The position numbers and the translations under genes are program-made. Below, in pieces: positions 31,785 through 41,921 of a stretch of 64,000 bases of DNA. Source of the stretch: Nitrospirota bacterium (GTDB taxonomy: Bacteria > Nitrospirota > UBA9217); assembly GCA_963796285.1 (NCBI GenBank), contig CAWCKW010000012.1:1280001-1344000 (forward strand), in the 5' to 3' direction. The notes under the pieces were generated by a model. It saw only the letters and a program-made list of their open reading frames with translations. It was not told where the DNA came from and made no database searches. Every line of letters begins with the position of its first letter. The first letter of the stretch is position 1.

Positions 31785-32190
31785 TGTCAGTTTCAACCAG
31801 TAGTTCGCAGCACTATCAGCATTGCTTCGGTACACAGTAGTAGGTGAAAGGTTGCTACGAGTTGTTTTTTTCATTTTCCCCTCAACCTCCCCCTTTCCCC
31901 TCTTACTTATTTTGCTCTTCCTCTAATATCTCTTCCAATATCTCCGCCGCATCCTGGACGAACTTTGGACAGCGCCTCATGAAGTTTTGCTTTTTCAGAA
32001 GCGGCTTTTATCCCCAAATACCTGCTGATTTTTCCTTCATCCCGTACTACTCCCACGGCTCATTGGCGAAAAACAGAATTGCAAGCGACGGCCCGCCCGG
32101 CGCCTTGCCATTTTTCCCCTTGATTTATTTCAATGCTTACATTAGATTATATTCCTGTTTACCGATCCCTTCACGGGCTCGCAAGGAGGC

Positions 32191-33072
32191 ATGTCAATGG
32201 CAGAAGCGGACTTCTCGAAAAAAGAAAAAAATTATTATACGGACATCCCGCAAAAGAGCGAAGCTTTTTTCCTGAAAGGATCGAACGCCTATGACTGGGG
32301 CATGAAGAACAGGCTGGCCCGCATCTTCAATCCCCGGTCCGGGAAGACCGTGATGCTGGCCTTCGACCATGGGTATTTCCAGGGCCCCACGACCGGTCTC
32401 GAGCGCGTTGACGTAACGATCCGGCCACTCATACCCTACGCCGACGCCCTGATGCTGACGCGCGGCATCCTGCGCTCCGTCATCGAACCGTCGTCGACCA
32501 ACGCGGTGGTCATGCGCGCAAGCGGCGGGCCGAGCATCCTGAAAGAGCTTTCCAACGAGCATATCGCCGTGGACATCGAGGACGCTTTGCGCATGAACGT
32601 GAGCGCAGTGGCGGTGCAGGTCTTTATCGGCGGCCCTCACGAGACCCAGACGGTCAATAACATGACCCGGCTCGTCGATATGGGCATGCGCTACGGCATG
32701 CCGGTGCTCGGGGTCACGGCGGTCGGTACGGAGCTTGTCCGCGATGCCCGGTATATCGGACTGGCAACGCGCATCCTGGCAGAACTCGGGGTCTCGATCG
32801 TCAAAACCTATTTTGTCCCGGGGTTCGAGCAGGTCGCCGCCGCGTGTCCCGTGCCGATCGTGATCGCGGGCGGAAAAAAACTTCCCGAACGCGAGGCGCT
32901 TCAGATGGCCAGGGATGCGATCAACCAGGGCGCCTCCGGTGTGGACATGGGCAGGAACATTTTTCAATCCGATTCGCCGGTTGCCATGATCAGTGCCGTG
33001 CGCATGGTCGTGCACGACAACGCCACGGTGAATGAGGCTTACGAATACTACCAGGATATGAAGAACAAATAA
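32191..33072 (+). CDS. lsrF: LsrF-like thiolase (class I aldolase family)
   Basis: [44 protein letters not shown]. Confidence 0.88.
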   Translation: MSMAEADFSKKEKNYYTDIPQKSEAFFLKGSNAYDWGMKNRLARIFNPRSGKTVMLAFDHGYFQGPTTGLERVDVTIRPLIPYADALMLTRGILRSVIEPSSTNAVVMRASGGPSILKELSNEHIAVDIEDALRMNVSAVAVQVFIGGPHETQTVNNMTRLVDMGMRYGMPVLGVTAVGTELVRDARYIGLATRILAELGVSIVKTYFVPGFEQVAAACPVPIVIAGGKKLPEREALQMARDAINQGASGVDMGRNIFQSDSPVAMISAVRMVVHDNATVNEAYEYYQDMKNK

Positions 33073-33091
33073 AGAGGATCAATGTCGTTGG

Positions 33092-33162
33092 CACTGATAT
33101 TCACTGATAAAGCCTATGAAGAATCATGTTTTTTCATAGCCGTTATCCGCCCTTAATCTGTG
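33092..33162. repeat. Inverted-arm element, CACTGAT variant (degenerate)
   Basis: CACTGATATTCACTGAT ... ATCCGCCCTTAATCTGTG. Confidence 0.4.
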
Positions 33163-33237
33163 TCAAAGGTTATGCATCGTTGCAGTTTATTGTTTCCCGC
33201 TTCCAGCTTTTCCGTTTCGGGTGATAGGTAATTTGAC

Positions 33238-34266
33238 TTGAAAACAGGCGTCTACTATCGCAACAGCGACGTCCGGGTGGAAGAGCGTCCGGAGCCGAAG
33301 GCCGGCGACCGCGACATCGTGGTCAAGGTCATGGCCTGCGGTCTGTGCGGGTCCGATCTCATGGAATGGTACCGGATCAAGCGGGCGCCGCTGGTGCTGG
33401 GCCACGAGCCGGCCGGCATTGTTGTCGAAGCAGGAAAACTCGTCAGCACCGTCAAACCGGGAGACCGCGTCTTTGTCACCCACCATGTCCCCTGCAATTC
33501 CTGCTATCACTGCCGTAGCGGACACGAAACCGCCTGCACGACCTTCCAGAGCACAAATAATTTCGATCCCGGCGGTTTTTCACAACTCCTGCGCGTGACC
33601 GGAAAAAGCGTTGAGACCGGTACCTTCGTGCTTCCCGACTCCGTGAGTTTCGAACAGGCGACCTTTATCGAACCGCTGGGGACCGCGGTGAGGGCGCTCC
33701 GGACCGTGGGACTGAAACCAGCCCAGAGCGTGCTCGTCTGCGGCAGCGGCGTTGCCGGCCTGCTCATCATCAAACTGGCGCGTGCCATGGGAGCAGGCGT
33801 CATCATCGCGACCGATGTGAGCCCGTACCGTCTTGAGAAGGCCCGTGAATACGGGGCCACGCACACGATCGAAGCCCACGAAGACGTCCCCGCGTTCATC
33901 AGAACAGTCAATGAAGGCCGATTGGCGGACATCGCCATCCTGTGCGCCGGCGCGCTTCCTGCCGCGCGCACCACGCTTCAATCCGCCGAGCGCGGAGGCA
34001 CCATCCTGTTCTTCGCAGTGCCGAAACCGGGCGAGACCGTTGCTGTGGATTTCAATCCCTTCTGGCGTGACGATATCACGATCAAGACCTGCTACGGCGC
34101 CGCCCCCATCGACAACCTGCAGGCCCTCGATCTCATCCAGCACGGCACAGTGACGGTGACCGACATGGTGACGCACCGGTTCGGCATCGACAGGATCGGC
34201 GAGGGATTTCTGACCGGCGCCCGGCCCGACGGCTGCGTGAAGGTCATTATCGAGCCGAACCAGTAA
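33238..34266 (+). CDS. Zinc-dependent alcohol dehydrogenase family protein
   Basis: CGLCGSD, GHE, CxxCxxC...C, GSGVAG. Confidence 0.92.
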   Translation: MKTGVYYRNSDVRVEERPEPKAGDRDIVVKVMACGLCGSDLMEWYRIKRAPLVLGHEPAGIVVEAGKLVSTVKPGDRVFVTHHVPCNSCYHCRSGHETACTTFQSTNNFDPGGFSQLLRVTGKSVETGTFVLPDSVSFEQATFIEPLGTAVRALRTVGLKPAQSVLVCGSGVAGLLIIKLARAMGAGVIIATDVSPYRLEKAREYGATHTIEAHEDVPAFIRTVNEGRLADIAILCAGALPAARTTLQSAERGGTILFFAVPKPGETVAVDFNPFWRDDITIKTCYGAAPIDNLQALDLIQHGTVTVTDMVTHRFGIDRIGEGFLTGARPDGCVKVIIEPNQ

Positions 34267-34294
34267 TATTGTACGAGGCGTTGCCTCGGAAAAT

Positions 34295-34378
34295 CCCCCT
34301 CACCCCCGCCCTCTCCCCGTTGGGGCGAGGGAGTTTTTTATTTCCTCTCCCATCAGGGGAGAGGATTAAGGTGAGGGG
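34295..34378. repeat. Branched palindromic repeat (CCCTCTCCC type)
   Basis: Outer CCCCTCACC/GGTGAGGGG enclosing two hairpins, CCCTCTCCCC..GGGGCGAGGG and CCTCTCCC..GGGGAGAGG. Confidence 0.7.
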
Positions 34379-34415
34379 TGGTTGTTCCGGCGTCCTATTT
34401 AGATCGGAGAACCGT

Positions 34416-35657
34416 GTGAAACAGCAAACCACAACTAATCTCCGCCATATTCTCAGCCTGCCGGTCATCGTAGCCTCACTCGGCTACTTCGTCGATATTT
34501 ACGACCTGGTGCTCTTCAGCATCGTCCGGGTGCCGAGCCTGAGATCGCTCGGACTTTCCGGGCAGGACCTGATCGACAACGGCGTGTTTCTTCTCAATAT
34601 GCAGATGGCGGGCATGCTCATCGGCGGCATTCTCTGGGGCGTCCTGGGTGACCGGAAGGGCCGGCTGAAGATCATGTTCGGCTCGATCTTCCTGTACTCC
34701 ATCGCGAACATCGCGAACGGGATGGCCACGTCCCTTCCCGCCTACGCGGCCCTGCGCTTCATCGCCGGCATCGGGCTGGCCGGCGAGCTCGGGGCGGGGA
34801 TCACCCTCGTGTCCGAGGTCCTGCATACCAGCATCCGGGGGTACGGCACGATGCTCGTGGCCTCCGTGGGCGTCTCGGGCGCCATCCTCGCGAACATCAT
34901 CGCCAATACCTATGACTGGCGGAACGCCTTCATCATCGGCGGCGTACTCGGCCTCGTGCTGCTCATCACCCGGATCAGCGTGGCCGAGTCCGGCATGTTC
35001 CGGGCCATGAACAGGAAGGCCGGGGTCAGCAGGGGGAACCTGCTTGCCCTCTTTTCCGAACGGAAGCGTTTCCTCCGCTATCTCAACTCGATCCTGATCG
35101 GCGTCCCGATCTGGTTCGTCGTCGCTGTCCTGATCACCTTCTCGCCGGAGTTCGCCAAATCATTCGGGACGACCGGACCGGTCTCCGCCGGAAACGCGGT
35201 CATGTTCTGCTACCTGGGGCTGGTCTTCGGCGATCTTTCGAGCGGCCTGCTGAGCCAGGTCCTGAAGAGCAGGAAAAAGGTGGTCTTGCTGTTCATGCTC
35301 CTGAGCCTTGTTGCCATCGGCATCTACTTCCTGCAGGGGAGCAGGAGCCCGGAATTCTTTTACGGGGTGTGCCTCGTACTCGGATTTGCCAGCGGCTACT
35401 GGGCCATCTTCGTGACCATTGCCGCCGAGCAGTTCGGCACGAACCTGCGCGCGACGGTCGCGACAACCGTGCCGAACTTCGTGCGCGGGATGGTGGTCCC
35501 CATCACGCTTCTATTCCAGTTCTTTCGCCAATACTTCGGCCTTGAGGGCGGCGCTCTTGCTGTCGGGGCCATCTGCGTGGTTGCAGGCTTCTTTGCGCTT
35601 GCCTCCCTGGAAGAGACGTTTCATAAGGACCTGGATTATTATGAGGAGTTTCCCTGA
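34416..35657 (+). CDS. MFS transporter
   Basis: About 12 TM segments, GVLGDRKGR motif A, AEQFGTNLRA; GGAG RBS before GTG 34416. Confidence 0.92.
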   Translation: MKQQTTTNLRHILSLPVIVASLGYFVDIYDLVLFSIVRVPSLRSLGLSGQDLIDNGVFLLNMQMAGMLIGGILWGVLGDRKGRLKIMFGSIFLYSIANIANGMATSLPAYAALRFIAGIGLAGELGAGITLVSEVLHTSIRGYGTMLVASVGVSGAILANIIANTYDWRNAFIIGGVLGLVLLITRISVAESGMFRAMNRKAGVSRGNLLALFSERKRFLRYLNSILIGVPIWFVVAVLITFSPEFAKSFGTTGPVSAGNAVMFCYLGLVFGDLSSGLLSQVLKSRKKVVLLFMLLSLVAIGIYFLQGSRSPEFFYGVCLVLGFASGYWAIFVTIAAEQFGTNLRATVATTVPNFVRGMVVPITLLFQFFRQYFGLEGGALAVGAICVVAGFFALASLEETFHKDLDYYEEFP

Positions 35658-35680
35658 CACAGGACAAGAGCTTAAAATCG

Positions 35681-35804
35681 TTTCTCGCAAAGACGCAAAG
35701 GTCGCAAAGGAAAGCATTACTAAACAACTAAAGCAAAGCATTAGCCTTTGTCTTAAAGCAAAGGATTTAGCCCTTCTTTGCGTACTTTGCGTCTTTGCGA
35801 GAAA
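35681..35804. repeat. Inverted-arm element, CGCAAAG variant (empty, 66-bp AT-rich spacer)
   Basis: TTTCTCGCAAAGACGCAAAGGTCGCAAAG ... CTTTGCGTACTTTGCGTCTTTGCGAGAAA. Confidence 0.85.
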
Positions 35805-35837
35805 TAGCCTTAGATTCGACGCTTTCTTACAATTCTT

Positions 35838-35866
35838 TTGACTCTTCCCTCCATTCCCTTTATAAT
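35838..35866 (+). promoter_or_regulatory. Sigma70-type promoter for gpsA, near-leaderless
   Basis: TTGACT-17 bp-TATAAT, 9 nt before the ATG. Confidence 0.7.
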
Positions 35867-35875
35867 TCACGAACT

Positions 35876-36878
35876 ATGACTGATAAGATCGGTGTGATCG
35901 GCGCAGGGGCATGGGGCACGGCCCTTGCTATGCTTCTTGCCGACAAAGGGTACGACGTGACCCTCTGGATGTATGAAAAGGACCTTGCCGAAGAGACGGC
36001 TCGCACGAGAGAGAACCGCGTCTATCTCCCCGGGTTTCCCTTGACCGGCTCCATCCAGGTGACCTCTGCTCTTGAAACCGCTGTCAGGAACAAGCCGGTC
36101 ATTCTGTCCGTCGTCCCCTCCCACACGGTCCGTACTGTAGCAAAACAGTTTGCCCCCTTTCTATCGGAGAACGCCATCATCATCAGCGCTTCCAAGGGCA
36201 TTGAGACCGACACTCTCATGCCGCTCTCAGAGGTGTTCAAGGACATCCTGCCCGAAAGGGTTTCATGACCGGCTCTGCTTTCTTTCCGGCCCGAGCTTTG
36301 CGAAAGAGGTCGCCCAGAAGATGCCCACCGCTGTTGCCCTCGCTTCGTACGACCCGGCAGTGGGCAAGAAGGCCCAGGAGGTCTTCAGCAACGCCTACTT
36401 CCGTGTCTATACGAATCCCGATGTCCTCGGCGTGGAGCTCGCGGGTGCGCTCAAGAACGTCGTGGCCATTGCTGCGGGCGTGCTCGAAGGCATGGGCTTC
36501 GGATATAACACCATGGCCGCCCTGCTCACCCGCGGGCTCGCGGAAATGGCTCGCCTCGGCGTGGCCATGGGAGGAGAACTCCAAACCTTCTCCGGCCTTG
36601 CAGGCATGGGAGATCTGGTCCTTACTTGTACAGGAGGCCTGTCGAGGAACCGAACCCTTGGATCGCGGCTCGGCAAAGGCGAGAAACTGGACGATATCAT
36701 GCGAGGGACAAAGACCGTGGCCGAAGGCGTCAAGACCGCCCGGGCCGCGCGTGACCTAGCACAAAAATACAATATCGCAATGCCGATCGTCGAGGAGGTC
36801 TATCAGCTCCTCTACGAAGGCAAGGACCCGAAGCTCGCCGTGAAGGACCTGATGAACCGTGAGCTCAGAGCAGAGTGA
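35876..36878 (+). CDS. gpsA: NAD(P)H-dependent glycerol-3-phosphate dehydrogenase; frameshift near 36260
   Basis: GAGAWGTALA, SKGIE, LSGPSFA, ALKNV, GLAGMGDLVLTC, SRN. Confidence 0.95.
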
Positions 36879-36906
36879 TCGTTTAGCGGGAATACGATGA
36901 CGGACA

Positions 36907-37752
36907 ATGAATACATCAAAACTCACCAAGCTTCTCCAAAGCGTTAGGTCCGGCAAGATCGATGTCGAAACCGCTCTCAACCGGCTCAAGCACCTGCCCT
37001 TCGAGGACGTGACATACGCCAACATCGACCATCATCGCCACTTGCGCCACGGCATGCCCGAGGTCATCTACTGCGAAGGGAAGACCCTGGAGCAGGTCGT
37101 CGGCATCACGAGGCGCATGCTCAAGGCCGGGAGCGACATCCTCGCCACCCGCGCGTCGGAAGCGGTCTATAAAGCAGTTAAGAAACTCGATCGCCGCGCG
37201 GTATATCACAAAGCCTCACGCGCCATCGTGGTACAGGACAAGAAGAAGACACTGACCAGCGGTATTGTGCTCGTCCTGACCGCAGGCACATCGGATATCC
37301 CCGTTGCCGAGGAGGCCGCCGTGACCGCGGGGATGCTCGGCAGCACTGTACAGACCGTATACGACGTGGGCGTGGCAGGGATCCACCGCATCCTGAGCAA
37401 ACGGGAAACGCTCGACTCCGCCAGGGTGATCGTCGTGGTAGCGGGCATGGACGGCGCGCTCCCATCGGTCGTGGGCGGGCTCGTGGACAAACCAGTGATC
37501 GCCGTTCCCACGAGCGTCGGCTACGGCGCCGGGTTCAAGGGACTGGCCCCGCTCCTCACCATGCTCAACTCCTGCGCGTCAGGCATCGCGGTCATGAACA
37601 TCGACAACGGCTTCGGCGCCGGAGTGCTGGCGCACAGGATAAATCTATTGGGAGAAAATAATCAAGAAGCGCCCCCTCCTTCGAAATCGGGGAGAATCCC
37701 GGGAAATGAAAAAGGATGGATCAGCGTTAAGAGAATTTCAGGTAATCGCTGA
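36907..37752 (+). CDS. larB: Nickel-pincer cofactor biosynthesis protein LarB
   Basis: DHHR..R.G.PEVI, AGTSDIPVAEEA, DVGVAGIHR, AGMDGALPS, PTSVGYG, NIDNGFGA. Confidence 0.95.
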   Translation: MNTSKLTKLLQSVRSGKIDVETALNRLKHLPFEDVTYANIDHHRHLRHGMPEVIYCEGKTLEQVVGITRRMLKAGSDILATRASEAVYKAVKKLDRRAVYHKASRAIVVQDKKKTLTSGIVLVLTAGTSDIPVAEEAAVTAGMLGSTVQTVYDVGVAGIHRILSKRETLDSARVIVVVAGMDGALPSVVGGLVDKPVIAVPTSVGYGAGFKGLAPLLTMLNSCASGIAVMNIDNGFGAGVLAHRINLLGENNQEAPPPSKSGRIPGNEKGWISVKRISGNR

Positions 37753-37849
37753 CCAATTCAATCAGCATACGCTTTACTGGAACAGATTGCATGACTGAGC
37801 ACCGTTTGCACAGTGCAAACGCGTCCCACCATTAGGAGGCCATCCCTGC

Positions 37850-40047
37850 ATGGAAATCGAGTTACTTATTCCGATTCTGGCTCTCGGTACTCAGCTAGTG
37901 TCGGTTTATTTTGCGATTCGATTGTTGCGATATGCCAAAATGCGGGTTATTGCGGTCGTATTTATTCTCGCGGTCTCTCTCATGGCGTTGCGCCGGATGT
38001 TTTCACTGGTTCCGAATTATGTTCCGAGCGACATGACAGGAGGCGCGTTCTCGGATACCGTCGCGCTTTTCATTTCACTCCTGATCCTGTACGTGGTCCG
38101 CTCGCTTGGCCGTATTTTCATGTCGGAGGAGGCGAATATGAATGCCGCGCTGTCCGCTGAAAAGCGCTATCGAACATTGTTCAACCAATCTCCGGACGGC
38201 GTCCTGCTGATTAATGCTAAGGGCGACATTGTTGATTTCAACAATGAAGTCAACCGTCAACTTGGATACACGCGCGAAGAATTCAGCAAACTGCGGATAT
38301 CGGACATCGATCCCGTTGAAAATGAGGCTGACGTCGGGTCACGTCTGGCGAAAGTCCTGAAGGTCGGTAAGGATGACTTTGAGGTAAAGCACAAAACCAA
38401 GCAGGGTGAGATACGGGATGTTCTTGTTATTGTCCAGCCCCTCGATTTGTCCGGTCAAACATTCTTCCACACTATCTGGCGCGATGTCACAGAGAGCAAG
38501 AAAGCAGAGGAGGAGCTAAAAAGGAACGAAATATTCATCAGGAGCATTCTTGAAAGTATAGATGAGGGGTTTGTCGTCGTAGGCAGGGATTATCGGATCA
38601 TTTCGGCGAACAAGGCTTATTGCGATCATGCCGGGATTACAATGGAAAATGCAATTGGCCAATATTGCCATGTCGTGTCCCACCACAGCGACAAACCATG
38701 TTTTGAAGCCGGGGAGCAGTGCCCCGTGAAGTATACCTTTGATACGGGAGAACCTGCCCAATTTTTACACATACATTACGATAAACACGGGAACCCCTCG
38801 TTCGTTGATACAAAGGCGTATGCCATGCGGGATGCAGCGGGCACTGTGACCGCCGCAATCGAGATAGTAATGGACGTCACTGATAGAAAAAAATTGGAGG
38901 ACCAGTACCGCCAAGCCCAGAAAATGGAGGCGATCGGTCAGCTTGCCGGCGGTGTGGCTCACGATTTCAACAACATTCTGTCCGCGATCATCGGCTATGG
39001 CCACCTTTCCCTGATGAAACTGCGAGACGATGATCCGGTGAGGCACTTTATCGACCAGATTCTGCAATCTTCGGACCGCGCAGCCGTTTTGACGCAGAGC
39101 CTGCTCGCATTCAGCAGAAAGCAGCCCCTGAAAAAAGAGCTTAATGATTTGAACGCGGTGATCAAGAATTTCGAGAAATTCCTTCTCCGTCTGCTGCGCG
39201 AGGACATCGAAATGAAGATCCGGTACTCGGACGACCAGCCCGTGGTCATGGCGGATAGTGGGCAGGTCGAGCAAGTGATCATGAATCTCGCTTCGAACGC
39301 ACGCGATGCCATGCCGAACAATGGGAAGCTGACTATCGATACCAGTGTCACTAATATGGACGAGGCGTTCATCCGGTTGAACGGTTACGGGAAGCTGGGA
39401 GAATACGCCGTAATGTCGGTGTCGGATACTGGCGTCGGAATGAACAAAGAGACCCAAAAGAAAATTTTCGAGCCGTTCTTCACGACCAAGGAAGTGGGGA
39501 AAGGGACCGGTCTCGGACTGGCCACGGTGTATGGAATAGTGAAAGCGCACGATGGATTCATCAATGTGTATTCCGAGCCGGGGAAAGGGACAACCTTTCA
39601 TGTTTATTTCCCCCTTGCTCGAACAAAGAATGCAGTGCCTAGATGTTGCGGAGCGAACCCCGGTCCAAGCTCAAGGGCGGCAGCGAAACGATCCTGCTTG
39701 CCGAGGACGACGCGAGTCTCCGCGAAATGACGTCGGCCATTCTCCGAGACATGGGTTACACGGTGATTGATGCGGAGGACGGAAATAGGGCGGTTGTCCG
39801 GTTTAAAGAGAACCGCGCCGCGATCAAACTCGTAATATTGGACGCTGTCATGCCGAAGAAGAACGGTTTGGAAGCGTATCGGGAGATCAGTGCTCTCAGC
39901 CCGAAGGTCCGCTGCATTTTCATGAGCGGCTATACCGGAGAAGTATTCGCCGAGGACGGCCCGCCGGCCGGTACGGAGTTTTTACCTAAGCCTCTTCAAC
40001 CCCGGATGCTTTTGTCCAAGGTCAGGGAAATGCTTGACCGGGAGTAG
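37850..40047 (+). CDS. Hybrid PAS sensor histidine kinase/response regulator; frameshift near 39640
   Basis: TM helices, two PAS domains, VAHDFNN, GTGLGL; receiver domain (ILLAEDD, ILDAVMP, FLPKP) in the next frame. Confidence 0.92.
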
Positions 40048-40242
40048 AAAGGGGCAACGGGCAAGGAATGAGTTCCTCGCTTTCAACTCATCGCGCGTGC
40101 AACCTTCATCCCGAATTTGCTGGTCGTTTCAAACAATGAGAACTGCACAATTGCAGGTATATGCGGTAAAGTTCATGCGCGCAGAAGGATGCATGTTTTC
40201 AGGTTGAAATATGACTATTGATGGCAACCAAATAATAAACCT

Positions 40243-41436
40243 ATGACCCTCGCTTACTTCGACTGCTTTTCCGGGATATCCGGCGACATGACCCTCGGCG
40301 CGCTTGTTGACGCGGGTGTCTCCATCGACGCCCTGCGCGCCGAGCTGGCCAGGCTCAATCTCCCCGGCTACGAGCTCAAGGCAGAAAAGGTCAAACGCTC
40401 CGGCATTGCCGCGACCAAGGTCCATGTCATCATCGACCAGAAGGACCAGAACGCGCGCCATCTTGCCGACATTTTGAGCATTATTGAAGCCTCCACCCTT
40501 TCTCCAACCGTGAAGGAGAAAAGCAGCCGGATATTTACACGCCTTGCTGATGCGGAGGCAAAGGTGCACGGCACAACACCCGACAAGGTCCACTTCCATG
40601 AGGTCGGCGCTGTGGACTCCATCGTGGACAATGTCGGGGCTGTTATCGGACTGGAGCTGCTGGGAATCAAGCGGGTCATGGCATCGGCGATCAATGTGGG
40701 TTCAGGCATGGTCAAAACCTCTCACGGCATGCTTCCGGTACCCGCACCCGCCACGGCGGAGCTGCTTACCAACATCCCCTTTTATCAATCGTCGTCACAA
40801 TTCGAGCTCACCACACCGACCGGCGCGGTCATCATCAGCACTCTCGCTTCCTCCTTCGGCCCCATGCCGGCGATGAAGGTCGAGCGGGTCGCCTATGGCG
40901 CGGGCGACAAGGATTTCCCGGGTCAGCCGAATGTCCTGAGGCTCATGATCGGACAGCCCATAGCGGGTTATGAAGAAGACACGTCCATCGTCATCGAGAC
41001 GAACATCGACGACATGAGCCCGCAGGTCTATGACTACCTCATCGAGAAGCTCATGCAGCAGGGCGCGCAGGACGTTTATCTCACACCCATTATCATGAAA
41101 AAAGGAAGACCCGCGATCCTGCTCTCGGTGCTTACTGATAAGACAAAGACAGATGCCGTGCTCGATACGATCTTCCGGGAAACGACCAGCATCGGCGTCC
41201 GTATCCATGAAGTTGGCAGAAAGAAGCTCACGCGGGACATCCGGGAAGTCGATACGGTTTATGGCAAGATCAGAATAAAGATAAGCAGGCGGGCTGATGA
41301 AGTAGTGACGATAACACCGGAGTATGAGGACTGCAGAAGGATCGCGGAAAAAATGCAGATACCTTTAAAGCAAATCATGGAAGAAGCGAAAGACATGTTT
41401 TCTCGCAAAGACGCAAAGGGCGCAAAGGAAAGCTAA
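40243..41436 (+). CDS. larC: Nickel-pincer cofactor biosynthesis protein LarC (fused C1-C2)
   Basis: YFDCFSGISGDM, VHFHEVGAVD, PVPAPAT, TPTGA, ETNIDD, MKKGRP, PEYED. Confidence 0.95.
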   Translation: MTLAYFDCFSGISGDMTLGALVDAGVSIDALRAELARLNLPGYELKAEKVKRSGIAATKVHVIIDQKDQNARHLADILSIIEASTLSPTVKEKSSRIFTRLADAEAKVHGTTPDKVHFHEVGAVDSIVDNVGAVIGLELLGIKRVMASAINVGSGMVKTSHGMLPVPAPATAELLTNIPFYQSSSQFELTTPTGAVIISTLASSFGPMPAMKVERVAYGAGDKDFPGQPNVLRLMIGQPIAGYEEDTSIVIETNIDDMSPQVYDYLIEKLMQQGAQDVYLTPIIMKKGRPAILLSVLTDKTKTDAVLDTIFRETTSIGVRIHEVGRKKLTRDIREVDTVYGKIRIKISRRADEVVTITPEYEDCRRIAEKMQIPLKQIMEEAKDMFSRKDAKGAKES

Positions 41437-41878
41437 AAGTATTGGGCTGTATGACTGAAAACGAAATAGCTAAAATCGTTGTTGATCTGTGTGTTAAAAT
41501 TCATAAGACTCTTGGTCCGGGGCTCTTGGAGTCTGTTTATGAAGCAGCTCTCGTGTACGAGCTTAAAAAACTCGGCATTCCTGTGGAGCAACAAATTGAC
41601 ATTCCCGTGGAATATGATCATTTATATTTGGACATTGGGTTCAGGGCAGATTTGATAATCGACAACAAAGTCATCGTGGAACTAAAATCAGTTGAGACAT
41701 TACTTGCTGTTCATAAAAAACAGCTTCTGACCTATTTAAAGCTTTCAAAATATAAGCTTGGCCTTCTGGCCAATTTTAATGTCGACCTAATGAAAGATGG
41801 CATTACCCGTTTCGCGAATGGCCTTTGATTTTAATCCGGAATCACGCCTTTCTTTGCGTCCTTTGCGTCTTTGCGAGA
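41401..41878. mobile_element. GxxExxY gene bracketed by 27-bp inverted arms (CGCAAAG x3)
   Basis: Left arm TCTCGCAAAGACGCAAAGGGCGCAAAG (41401-41427); right arm 41852-41878 is its reverse complement with one mismatch. Confidence 0.7.
41451..41828 (+). CDS. GxxExxY protein (PD-(D/E)xK nuclease-like)
   Basis: LGPGLLESVY, FRADLII..KVIVELKS, QLLTYL, GLLANF; lower GC than its neighbours. Confidence 0.93.
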   Translation: MTENEIAKIVVDLCVKIHKTLGPGLLESVYEAALVYELKKLGIPVEQQIDIPVEYDHLYLDIGFRADLIIDNKVIVELKSVETLLAVHKKQLLTYLKLSKYKLGLLANFNVDLMKDGITRFANGL

Positions 41879-41921
41879 GATGCTTTTCGTGTTGACTTTG
41901 TAATTGTTGAGCGACAAACTT

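Noticed and set aside
40243-41436. Programmed frameshift in larC as in Lactobacillus
   Set aside because: larC here is one continuous ORF.
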